A stretch of DNA of 63,424 nt, the filler included, from Octopus bimaculoides (lineage: Eukaryota): the NCBI RefSeq assembly GCF_001194135.2. It is 8 parts of 8 records of this genome, joined end to end, with 100 filler letters (N's around TTAATTAATTAA, not from the genome) between each part and the next. Parts side by side here need not be neighbours in the genome. Positions count along the whole stretch, not along the records: positions 17,443 to 31,139 come from NC_068985.1; positions 31,240 to 41,914 come from NC_068984.1; 6 more parts are not named here. One strand, 5' to 3'. The notes beneath the pieces were generated by a model, which had not been told where the DNA came from, made no database searches, and worked only from the letters and a program-made list of their open reading frames with translations. Position 1 is the stretch's first letter, and every line of letters begins with the position of its first letter. The position numbers and the translations under genes are program-made. Of the stretch, positions 23,810-35,973 are shown piece by piece.

Positions 23810-24790
23810 GGTGAAAATAACCTGTTACTTCACTATGCAATAAAACTTTCTGCTAAACTCGGCACGAACGGTGCAGAAAATTATGAAATGCTCAAACTAC
23901 TTATGGACTAACTTGTGTGAATCGAGCATATGTTTTTCAGAAGCATAATAGGTTTAGGGAAGGCAGACAGGAGGTAAGAGACGATGAAAGCTGGTTGCGA
24001 AAATTTGCAATTTTGCAGGTGAATACAGTCGTGTTTCTACAAAGACATTAAACGTACATTTTGGAATTAAAAAGACAATTGTACACGAAATTATTCATGA
24101 AGGTCGGAAAAATACGCAAGATATGTACAAAGTTTCGTCACAGGGTGCTCAGCGACGAACAGATGAAGAGACGTATTGATGACATTATGGAAATGGTTGA
24201 GCTCATTTCCTCCAATTTGAGTTTGTGGTGACCTCTGACGAAAGCTGGAACTTTTCGCACGTCCTGGATGCCAAGAGCCAAGTCCTCCATATGGAAGCAT
24301 CATGACACACCTGGCATTAGGGAAAACAATTCCACAGGGAAGCTCATAATGGTTTCCTTTCTTTACGGCAAGGGGAATATCTACATCCCCTATAGTCTGA
24401 CGATCATCAAAGGAGGCTCTGTATAGGTATTTACGGAGTTCAGAAAGAGATTTTGTCGCAAAAGACTAGAGCTCGTCTACTTGATTCGATAGCACCAGTC
24501 CCCTCCTTCACGCATCCTGGAAACCAACTACTTAAGGGACATGGGTATCGAAACCGACCCTCAAACTACCAAGAATCTAGAACTTGCTCACTGTGGCTTT
24601 TGTTGTTTCTCAAGCTTCAGGAGAGCTTCAGGAGCAGTCGATTTGAAGAGATTGAGGAGATGAAGGAGGACATGACAATGGTATTGGACAATTTCACTTG
24701 GTAGGACTTCCATGGGGCCTGCACAAATTAACAGGAGTACCTACAGCAGATGTAGTGAAATTAGAGGATTCTACATGGAAGGAGATTGGA
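23810..24790 (+). pseudogene. Degenerate mariner transposase
   Basis: YAIKLSAKLG..., RFREGRQEVRDDE, VTSDESW and LAHCGFLLFLKL...RFEEIEEMK motifs across frameshifts. Confidence 0.8.
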
Positions 24791-25601
24791 GTTTAGTAAT
24801 TCTCTCAAAATTAATGAAGGCCTCACATAGAAAAGATTTATAACTTCTGTGGTGCACCTTGTAGCTTTATAGTCTATCATAGATTGAAAACTATTTTTTT
24901 CTTCAGTAGACGTCTGTAGTGGCTATACAATCCTAATTGTTACTATCATGTAAGTTTTTTTTTTAAATACAATTATGTTAATGCATTCTCCAATGATGCC
25001 AGTAAGGTGCAGGCGTTTGCCTTCATTTTGAAGAACTAAAGAAACTCAAAGATATCATTGAGTAAGGCGTACTGGAGATGATGCAGTCAATATTCTCTCT
25101 GGGCTTCAAGAAATTGGATGAAAATCACTGATATTGTTGTGTTTAATATAATTAAATATCTAATGGATAACAGTACTGTATCAATGTAACCACCATACCA
25201 TCTATGTATGTATGTATGTATGTATGTATGTATGCATGCACGTATGTATGTATATGCGTTTGAATAGTATTCTTGCATTATATGACTTACGTTCAAATCA
25301 AACGAATATTGCAAGGAATAGAACGTAAAAGTGCGTAATATCAAGTTTCTTCACAAAGTCACTGTCAATACGAGTCAACTACTGCGATGTGTTAGATTTT
25401 ATATCGTACATAGCATTACCTGTAAACAACGTTGTTGGTTGAATAGATGCAGGTCAAACTCGGTGATAACGACCTGCGTTTGAAGGTTTTCTAATTGTTG
25501 TCATATCTGATTGTTTCCAACATTTACTTTATTAAAACTATTTTCCTTTCTAAAGGCGATGGTTTTGGATTTGATGCTGACATGCCTGCATTGTATTTCA
25601 G

Positions 25602-25722
25602 GTCAATTGATAAGAAAACACCTCATTTTGTTACAGCAGCCATATATTGCAGGAGGCATTGATGAAGAAATTCTCAATGAAGTTTCCGATTACATATTAG
25701 AATTTCATTTGCAGGTCTCTGT
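25602..25722 (+). CDS. Candidate internal exon of an unidentified gene
   Basis: Acceptor ttgtatttcag. (G)QLIRKHLILLQQPYIAGGIDEEILNEVSDYILEFHLQVS is protein-like and non-repetitive. Donor gt/gtaagg at 25723 (alternative cag/gtctct at 25715). No family recognised. Confidence 0.4.
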
Positions 25723-26494
25723 GTAAGGATAACTACTAAGAGATTGTAGTATTATCTAAATGAATAAGCATTGTAAATATTGACCAAACAATCTAGAGAT
25801 TGGTGAAAAGTGTAAAAGGCACTCGTGTTGATCTATGATATCTCTTAGCACAAACATGTGACTTCCTTATATAAACCGTCAACATGAATTTGGATGAATA
25901 TTTAAAGATGACCTCGCAAGAAGCTAGGGTTTGATAAAGGCGATGGACAATAATTTATACCTTAATTTCTAGCATATGATGACTTCGTGAATCCAAAACC
26001 TCCACGTCTACGAGCAAATTCTATATCACATTTGCCCTTGTATTTACTCGGGGTTTACATTTTCTTGTAGGTCTTTTATAGTACAATTTCTTACCCATTT
26101 TAGAGTTTTCTATAAAAAAAAAATAGAATGTTAATATAATTTATAGTTTAGTGTAATGCAAAACTTTTTTTAAAATGTTTTCAATGATAAAGTTCCGAGC
26201 GAATGTATACAGTGTGAGTTGCAAAAAAAAACCAAAAAAAAACCTCTAATATGATGTTGTCCAAGAAATTGCAGAACAAAATGTTCCTCGTGTGATTTTC
26301 CCGCATATAAAAAAATAAATAAAACTAAAACTAATTATTTCTATAAGGTTAGTTGACTGAATGTTTCATAAGAGAGAAAATAAACATTAACTTCTAAAAC
26401 CATTCTAATGAAAGTAACTCTCACGTTTCTATCTAATCTAGTCCTCCACAGAAACGTATATTCCACTTTGTTGACAAGACGGCGTGATCGATAT

Positions 26495-27141
26495 TATTGG
26501 CATCCTTTTGTCTCGGGATACAATGGAGTTGCATATAAAATAACCCAGTCTGGTTTTTTACATTTCATGTCCTATACATCTCCTGCGGTGGCTGTGTACT
26601 CCTAACTTGGACAAACACTCCCCCTGGCAGGTGCCGCTAATGTAGCGAAAATTTTGCCTGACTGGTTGTAATGTCATAGTTTCTTGTCTTTTCTCATCTT
26701 TCCATTTCTCCTCTCTCCCTCTATGACTCCTTTGTGTTCCCTCTTCTGTGATGCGTCACCAATCTCTACGGTTGCTGGCAACCGCTTCCCAATTGCCAAG
26801 ATTGATCTTGCATGCCTTCATGCTCCTTTTGCACACATCCTTGTACAGTAAGAACGGTCTTCCAACGGACCTAGTGCTCTTAGCAAGCTCTCCGTAAAGT
26901 ACGTTTTTGCGGATTCTGCCATCTTCCATACGACTAACATGTCAAAGCCATCCCATCCGTCTTTGTGTGAGGAGTGCAAATATGCTTGGTGTTCCTGCTT
27001 GCTTGAGGACATCTTTGTTGGGGACACGATTCTGACATTTGATGCCAAGGATTTTCCGGAGGCAGAGCAGGCGACGCTATTGGCGTGTCTATGGTGTCCA
27101 GGTCTTACTGACATGCAGTAGAGTGCTAAGTACACATGCCT
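26495..27141 (-). mobile_element. 5'-truncated RTE (BovB-like) LINE with 3' UTR
   Basis: Minus frame reads CLRKILGIKCQNRVPNKDVL...QRRMGW.HVSRMEDGRIRKNVLYGEL..GRP. Tail aaggatgccaataat. Flanked by 81-bp direct repeats. Confidence 0.85.
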
Positions 27142-28145
27142 GTAACTCTCACGTTTCTATCTTATCTAGTCCTCCACAGCAACGTATATCCCAAACTATT
27201 GGCAACACGGCGTGATCAATATATGTATAATTTAAAAGAAGTTAATGAAATTCATAAGTATTTCTAATATTCTGGAAGCTGGGGGCTGTCATAGACGAAT
27301 GTTCTGCATATTTTAAATAATGTTTTCAATGAACTTTTATAGTGGTGGTAAGCATCCGATTCATTTATTGCACTTCAGGTTTAATTTTCGTAGTTTTATC
27401 AGCTTCGAAATGTCAACAGTGTATGATACATGATGCATATGCTGTATGTATATTCATGCAATGAACTGCAGCGCTGCTGTTGATTGGTGCTTGTATTAAT
27501 CTGCATATACCAGTCGTGCTTCATTTGTGCAGCAAAAAAAAAGAAAAAATCAATTTTTCTCTAGGTAGTGTTTTGACAATGACATTTTAAATGCATGTCT
27601 GGACATTGGTTCCTCTTTGCACATGAATGCATTTTTCTGTCTTTGGTGTAAACAAGAATTATGTCTGCTTTGTTGTTTTTTTTTTTTTTACCTGAATATT
27701 CACTTTTAGAAACGAAATAACTATATTTCCGGCCATTATGTTTGTACGTTTGCAGATGTAAATATTAATATCAAGTTGTTTCAAACTCTCTCTCATTCTT
27801 TCTCTCTGTATGTCTCTGTCTGTCTGTCTGTCTTTTACTGTCTCTTTCTCTCTTTCTCCCTCTCTCTCTCTCTCTCTCTGTGTATCTATCTATGGTTCTC
27901 TTTCCCTGTTTATCTGTCTGTCTGTCTCTCTCTCTCCCTTCTCTCTGTCTCTCTCTCACTAATAATTCATCGGCTTTGTTTATCCATGATTGGTAAACAT
28001 GGGGTATGTATTTGTTTCGACGCAATTTCTTCCTATTACGCACACAGCGAAAACCGAGTAAACTGATATTAAAACAGAACTTAAAATCATCGTATATCGA
28101 AGCTTCTGTGTTTTACTACGCATTCTGTGAATGACTACTTCTGAT

Positions 28146-28544
28146 GTAGTTGTATGCTGTCAACTTAATGTGACAGTCCCCTGAAAGAAATAATACTACT
28201 GTTGGTTAGACCTAGGAAGCTGCACTGCTTCCTGTCAGCCTTGACACATTTCCTGTGTCTTTATGTTTAAAAGTGGGTGACAAGCACCTCCACCCAGCTA
28301 AGCCTGCATCCAGAGGCATGTTTCTGAGTCATTGCTGAGTCAGTCTGATGACGAGCAAATTCTCAGAAAAATGTCTCTGGATGCAGGCTTAGCTGGGTGG
28401 AGGTGCTTGTTTCCCCCTTGTAAACATAAGGACACAAGAAATGTGTCAAGGCCGACAGGAAGCAGTGCAGCCTACTAAGTCTAACCAACGGTAGTATTAT
28501 TTCTTTCAGGGGACTGTCACATTAAGTTGACAGCATACAACTAC
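28146..28544. repeat. Fold-back element: 183-bp inverted arms and a 33-nt loop containing a hammerhead-like core
   Basis: 28146-28328 is the reverse complement of 28362-28544 with scattered mismatches. CTGATGA at 28345-28351, GAAA at 28366-28369. Confidence 0.85.
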
Positions 28545-29332
28545 TTCATCGTATTACTACTGCATAAATCTCTCTGAGAGATTTAGAAATGTATTATTTC
28601 TTTACTACTTCGGATGTACAGTACATTCTTAGATCTGCAGTTTGTTACATTGCATTGTGAATGATTTTATTTTACATTTCATTTATATAAGAATTTCAAA
28701 AGATATTCTAATATTTCTTTCAAATAAACATTGGCCACACTTCGCTCTATCTGCGGTCATTGACTACGTCAGTGATTCTTCTACGAAACTGAAAGACTCA
28801 GCTTACGGTCGAGTTTNNNNNNNNNNNNNNNNNNNNNNNNNNNNNNNNNNNNNNNNNNNNNNNNNNNNNNNNNNNNNNNNNNNNNNNNNNNNNNNNNNNN
28901 NNNNNNNNNNNNNNNNNNNNNNNNNNNNNNNNNNNNNNNNNNNNNNNNNNNNNNNNNNNNNNNNNNNNNNNNNNNNNNNNNNNNNNNNNNNNNNNNNNNN
29001 NNNNNNNNNNNNNNNNNNNNNNNNNNNNNNNNNNNNNNNNNNNNNNNNNNNNNNNNNNNNNNNNNNNNNNNNNNNNNNNNNNNNNNNNNNNNNNNNNNNN
29101 NNNNNNNNNNNNNNNNNNNNNNNNNNNNNNNNNNNNNNNNNNNNNNNNNNNNNNNNNNNNNNNNNNNNNNNNNNNNNNNNNNNNNNNNNNNNNNNNNNNN
29201 NNNNNNNNNNNNNNNNNNNNNNNNNNNNNNNNNNNNNNNNNNNGGAGAATATACAAAAAATAACAACAGACGAGGACAGGTGGTGTAAATAACAAAAGTA
29301 TATATTAGTATGACGCTCGGGAATACGGAAAG

Positions 29333-29369
29333 TCTTTGACGTTTCGAGCTACGCTCTTCAACAGAAAGA
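29333..29369 (-). ncRNA. Minimal type-I hammerhead ribozyme motif (core CUGUUGA)
   Basis: UCUUU CUGUUGA A GAGC GUA GCUC GAAAC GUC/AAAGA: stem I 5 bp, stem II 4 bp, ACGU palindrome, GUC triplet. Confidence 0.7.
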
Positions 29370-29602
29370 ATACGGAGACAAGGAGAAAAACACGGAGAAA
29401 AAAAATTGAATAGTGTTCAGTCAACGGTCAATCATAATAATGGCCGATCATAACAATGACTGACCGGAAGTTAGAAATTCTTATTTACATACATAATTAT
29501 CATGATGTCTGTTATATCGTTTTATATTCAGATGAAACATGGCGTTATGTTGTAGTTCATTGCGATAATCGACTTGTTATGTTTTTTTTCTTTCCATCAG
29601 CA

Positions 29603-30006
29603 TAGGTGCAGGAGTGTATGTGTGGTAAGTAGCTTGCTTACCAGCCACATGGTTCCGGGTTCGGTTCCACTGCGTGGCACATTGGGCAAGTGTCTTCTAC
29701 TATAGCCTCGGGCCGACCAAGGCCTTGTGAGTGGATTTGGTAGACGGAAACTCAAAGAAGTACGTCGTATATATGTATATACGAGTGTATATACGTATGT
29801 GTGTGTATATGTCTTTGTATCTGTGTGTGTCCCCAACATCACTTGACAACCGATGCTGGTGTGTTTACGTCCCCGTAACTTAGCGGTTCGGAAAAGAGAA
29901 CGATAGAATAAGTACAAGGCATCCAAAGTATAAGTCCTGGGGTCGATTTATTCTACTAAAGGCAGTGATCCAGCATGGCCGCAGTCAAATGACTGAAACA
30001 ATAAAA
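29603..30006 (+). mobile_element. SINE family A (CpG-retaining copy)
   Basis: Full-length homology with the other family A copies. Confidence 0.85.
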
Positions 30007-30131
30007 AGAGTAAAAGAGTAAAAAGTGTATATGGAAAGGGAGAGAGAGAGATCTATATTGATAGTTAGCTATTATCTATCTATAAATATGTATGCGTGGG
30101 TATGTATATGTATAAACACACNNNNNNNNNN

Positions 30132-30295
30132 AATATTGAGTGTTCAATATAAAGGATCAAATATATAAATATAAAAATATAAATATATAAAGGCGACTCG
30201 AGTTTCAGGGCTATATATATATATATACTTTATTTAAAAGCAGCAGAAATATAACAAGAGACTGTTACTCTGAGTTTCACGTTCTCGTTCATCCA
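30132..30295 (-). mobile_element. Two truncated PLE pseudo-LTR fragments, each with part of a hammerhead
   Basis: 30132-30206 is homologous to 2340-2395 with GAAAC UCGA GUC/GCCUUU. 30261-30294 reads GGAUGA ACG AGAA CGU GAAAC UCAGA GUA/ACAGU. Confidence 0.55.
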
Positions 30296-30665
30296 AGAGG
30301 GCCGTTTATATAAAGGGCAACCGTGTCGCAAACATCATGAAGATGCTCATCTCTGGATATGCTAGCTAGATTATTAAACTTTACCACATTCGCTTGGAAC
30401 GCTGAAAAACAACAAAAACAAAGCCAACAACAACAACAACAACGGAAAACAGAAAAAAGATACCGGCTGCACGATTGCAAACAGATGCACCAGTATCAGA
30501 ATACCGGAAAACGATTATTACTGTTGAAGCAAAATAAGTTGAAAACAGAAATTTACATATGTAAATACACATATACATGCACAAACATTTATACACAGTA
30601 TTGAATGGCCGTTGCGTCTCCTGAGTTTATCCGCCCATTGATGGGTTTTCGTTTTCATTCCGCAG

Positions 30666-30702
30666 GGTTTCCCTGCATCACTCTGCTCCAAAAGCAGGCT
30701 TG
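30666..30702 (+). CDS. Candidate 37-nt micro-exon
   Basis: Strong acceptor gttttcgttttcattccgcag and donor ttg/gtgagg. Open as (x)VSLHHSAPKAGL, phase-compatible with the 25722 donor. Could be chance. Confidence 0.2.
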
Positions 30703-31276
30703 GTGAGGCTGCTACATTACACGACAATTTCCTCACCAAACGCATATACCTACATACATACACACACAGGCATGCGCACACACACACACGAACACTCACA
30801 CATACATATAGGTATATCTGGTAGCATACATATACCCGGTTAATGTTCAGTCTATATATTGTTTTAATGATCATTAACTTGATATATATGATATAGGTGT
30901 TTGTGTTCCTGTGAGTATGTACATGTATATATATGCAGAGTTATTAACCAAGATATAGAAAACATATACACGTATATATGCATATATGCGTGTATGTATA
31001 AATGTACGTATGAATGTAGATATGCATTCGTGTATGTATTTGTGCATGTATGTATGTATATACGTATGTATGCATTGCTTTACAGGGAGGGAAAGCGACA
31101 AATATTTACACACATATATATGTATATATATATATATATNNNNNNNNNNNNNNNNNNNNNNNNNNNNNNNNNNNNNNNNNNNNTTAATTAATTAANNNNN
31201 NNNNNNNNNNNNNNNNNNNNNNNNNNNNNNNNNNNNNNNCCCCCAAAATGGCTGCCCTTATGGCAAAATTTGAAAC

Positions 31277-31324
<48 letters not shown>

Positions 31325-31504
31325 CAAATTCTGCTGAGGTCGATAAATTAAGTATCAGTTCAAGTGGTGAAGTACACTGCAAAAACACATGCATACATAT
31401 ATGCATATATACATTTATGTGCGTGTGTGTATGTATATATATGTATGTATAGATAGACAGATAGGCAGACAGATAGATAGACAGAGAGACAGAGAGACAG
31501 ACAG

Positions 31505-31512
31505 ACAGATAT

Positions 31513-31566
<54 letters not shown>

Positions 31567-31585
31567 GGATAGATAGATAGATAGA
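31505..31585 (+). repeat. (AGAT)n microsatellite, representative of many TA, CA/TG, AAT, CAT, TATC, TATG and GA tracts
   Basis: Direct inspection. Most N gaps are bordered by such tracts, and they generate most of the spurious YI/HT/CV ORFs in the six-frame track. Confidence 0.95.
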
Positions 31586-32803
31586 GTGACGTATAGCTAA
31601 ATCGAAAGACAGATACGCTGCCAGATTTTACATGCGTAAAAGAAAAAGAAAAAAGAAAAATCGTCAGATAGGTGGTAAAAAAAAAGACAAAATATGTTGT
31701 TTTTACTTCGTTGCAAGTGAAGGAAGACAATGCAAAAAAGAGAGGAAGAGTAATGTGATAACTGGACGAACGAAATGTGGTGACAAGAAGGAGAGAGAAA
31801 CTTCGAGAAACTAGAGTTTTCGATAAACAAAAACTCCATTGAAGTGTTTTATTATCTCTCAGGAGGGTCATCGTGCCAATAGTAAACACACACACCGGTT
31901 CACTGCATCCTGGGATACGATAGAATATATTTTAATATGCGAGTTTATATCAAGAATCTTCCAAACCGAGTGCAAAAACGAAATGTTTTAAGGTGTCAGC
32001 CATTGAAGAGTGTTTAAAATCTCAAATTAAAAATCAAGGAAGATCACTCCAATAAAATCAGTTGATTGCAACTGGGTGTAAGGAGAGGGTGGGGCAAAAG
32101 AAAAATGTAGCAGGGGAGGGAATTTTCATTCTTTTGCCTTTTACTGATTTAAGTTTTCGGATTGCGGCCACACTGGAGCATCACCTTGAAACGTTTAGTT
32201 GAACAAATCGCCCCAGTAGTTAAATTTTAAGTCCGGTACTTTTTTTTTTATCGAGGAATCTTGTGGAATATAAAGAAAAAGAAACAAGAAACACTGGAGC
32301 GAATTTTCATTATCTATATTTTCGAAATTTCAGTTAATTAAATCTATTTAGCTTCTCACACTATTTGTTGTTTTTAGATCTCAAATACCCTTCAAGGGAG
32401 ACTGTCTATCAACTAATTGCCCAGATTATCTCGGTTAATCGAAAATTTTCAAATTTACTATGTTACATGGGAGAAGCTAGCATCTGTGTATTTAGTGTGC
32501 AGAAGGCACCCCTTGGGTAATTTACGGTAGCCATTTTGTTGATATTGAGATACGCGTTTGGTGGGTAGGTAGAGGTATCAGATCAGTGAAGAGGGGGGTA
32601 GGAGTAAGTTATAGTGACATACATACATACACGTATGGTTAGACATCACAGATGGGCTGACAGCCGTCCCTTTTCCACTACGCCCACCTTCGTCTTTTTA
32701 TACATACATGCGTATACACATTCAAACTGGTTTATAAGATCTATACGCATACACAAAAGGTTATATATGTGCATACATACACACACACACACACATACAC
32801 ACA

Positions 32804-32835
<32 letters not shown>

Positions 32836-33107
32836 CACACACACAGGAATATCTGGCTCTGTATATTTATGCGTGTGTGTGTATCTTTGTACCTGTGTTT
32901 ATCTCCCACCATCGCCTGACGACTGGTGTTGGTGTGTTTACGTCCCCGTTACTTAGGAGGAGGAGGAGGAGGAGGAGGAGAAGAAGAGTATCCCTGCTGC
33001 TTATTCTAAGATTTGTACTAAAATTTGTGTATATGTATGCGTGTGTGTATGTCTATAGGTGTGTAAATAAATTACTATATGTGTGTACGTATGAAAATAT
33101 GCATGTG

Positions 33108-33140
<33 letters not shown>

Positions 33141-34234
33141 NNNNNNNNNNNNNNNNNNNNNNNNNNNNNNNNNNNNNNNNNNNNNNNNNNNNNNNNNNNN
33201 NNNNNNNNNNNNNNNNNNNNNNNNNNNNNNNNNNNNNNNNNNNNNNNNNNNNNNNNNNNNNNNNNNNNNNNNNNNNNNNNNNNNNNNNNNNNNNNNNNNN
33301 NNNNNNNNNNNNNNNNNNNNNNNNNNNNNNNNNNNNNNNNNNNNNNNNNNNNNNNNNNNNNNNNNNNNNNNNNNNNNNNNNNNNNNNNNNNNNNNNNNNN
33401 NNNNNNNNNNNNNNNNNNNNNNNNNNNNNNNNNNNNNNNNNNNNNNNNNNNNNNNNNNNNNNNNNNNNNNNNNNNNNNNNNNNNNNNNNNNNNNNNNNNN
33501 NNNNNNNNNNNNNNNNNNNNNNNNNNNNNNNNNNNNNNNNNNNNNNNNNNNNNNNNNNNNNNNNNNNNNNNNNNNNNNNNNNNNNNNNNNNNNNNNNNNN
33601 NNNNNNNNNNNNNNNNNNNNNNNNNNNNNNNNNNNNNNNNNNNNNNNNNNNNNNNNNNNNNNNNNNNNNNNNNNNNNNNNNNNNNNNNNNNNNNNNNNNN
33701 NNNNNNNNNNNNNNNNNNNNNNNNNNNNNNNNNNNNNNNNNNNNNNNNNNNNNNNNNNNNNNNNNNNNNNNNNNNNNNNNNNNNNNNNNNNNNNNNNNNN
33801 NNNNNNNNNNNNNNNNNNNNNNNNNNNNNNNNNNNNNNNNNNNNNNNNNNNNNNNNNNNNNNNCCCCCCCCCCCCCCCCACACACACACATACATATATG
33901 CATATATCCATCTGTAGATATGTGTACTTGTGTGTATATATGAATATATGTATGTGTGTACGTATACATGTATGTATATATATGGGTATATGTATATTGA
34001 TATGTACACGCAAGTCTACATGACAATTTGCATTATATAAATCGATAATTGGTTATGACGCATGACAGGTTCGAGTGGCAGAGCAGAGAACACACCTGTT
34101 TGTTAGCTGTAACGCACATCAAGTCTTATGCAAATAGGACACACATACTTACATTCATACATACATACATCCGTACGTACATACATATGTATGTGTATCT
34201 ATGTAATTGTCTGTCTGTCTCTCTGCCTACCCAT

Positions 34235-34302
<68 letters not shown>

Positions 34303-34834
34303 GTGGAAAGATATATATATATATATANNNNNNNNNNNNNNNNNNNNNNNNNNNNNNNNNNNNNNNNNNNNNNNNNNNNNNNNNNNNNNNNNNNNNNNNN
34401 NNNNNNNNNNNNNNNNNNNNNNNNNNNNNNNNNNNNNNNNNNNNNNNNNNNNNNNNNNNNNNNNNNNNNNNNNNNNNNNNNNNNNNNNNNNNNNNNNNNN
34501 NNNNNNNNNNNNNNNNNNNNNNNNNNNNNNNNNNNNNNNNNNNNNNNNNNNNNNNNNNNNNNNNNNNNNNNNNNNNNNNNNNNNNNNNNNNNNNNNNNNN
34601 NNNNNNNNNNNNNNNNNNNNNNNNNNNNNNNNNNNNNNNNNNNNNNNNNNNNNNNNNNNNNNNNNNNNNNNNNNNNNNNNNNNNNNNNNNNNNNNNNNNN
34701 NNNNNNNNNNNNNNNNNNNNNNNNNNNNNNNNNNNNNNNNNNNNNNNNNNNNNNNNNNNNNNNNNNNNNNNNNNNNNNNNNNNNNNNNNNNNNNNNNNNN
34801 NNNNNNNNNNNNNNNNNNNNNNNNNNNNNNNNNN

Positions 34835-34895
<61 letters not shown>

Positions 34896-35836
34896 CGTTG
34901 CTGTTATGCAAAAGCGTCGACACTCCAAAACGTTTATTCAGAAAACGAAAAGTTAGTTTCCTCATTCCGTTTCTTTTTACACTAGCAAAACCGTTGTACT
35001 GCAGTTTGACAAGTTTCATATTTTAGCATCCGAAGTAGCTGGAGATACGATAGTTTGACCAAAAGAACCGACTATCGCAAGCAAAATTAAATATTGGAAA
35101 AAACTCATTTGGCCAAATTTGGTCATACGACATACAACTTGAAGTCAGTGTTCGCAGAAATTAAATCAGCTTGCAAATATACGTTTACTTTACTAAATTT
35201 ATATTCAGGCTAAGCCCGAACAGCCTGAGTGCCGGAGTCGCCACTGATATATAATAATATAATAAACATGAAAAAATACAGATTATGTACAGGACATCAT
35301 CAACGAGCGAAAAATACGTAAACACATAACGAGAGACAAGTACGAGACAAAATAGCAAAAGAAGTCTGACTCCTCCTCAGTTGCCGATCTGTTGCGTGCT
35401 TTTAACAAGACAAGAAGACTTCATATAATAGCAGCATCCAGAAACTTTAGAAATATAAAATTTGTGGAGCGTTCGGGCCTCGAACGAACAAAGGACACCA
35501 GAGTGGACGTACAAGTAAACAATCGACGAAGACAACCGTTTAGGACTGTTAAGTTAAGACGAATTGTAATGGGTAACGGGTGGGAGAAATTTTGAAAGGA
35601 TGTAGAATAAATAGAAGAGAGAAGAAAAGACATCGAGAGGCGAGAGAAGTGACGTCCAGGTAGTGGACATCCCATCTAGAAAAGACAGAAAGACGAGAAA
35701 AATGGCTTGTAGTCACATGTGAGCAACGGGCAGAGGGGAAAGGGGACAAGAGAGAGGATAAGTGAAAGAAATAAAGGATATATATATATATCCTTTATAT
35801 ATATATATGTGTGTGTGCGTGTGCATGTATGTATGC

Positions 35837-35878
<42 letters not shown>

Positions 35879-35923
35879 ATAATTAATCATATATATATAA
35901 TTAATATATATATNNNNNNNNNN

Positions 35924-35973
<50 letters not shown>

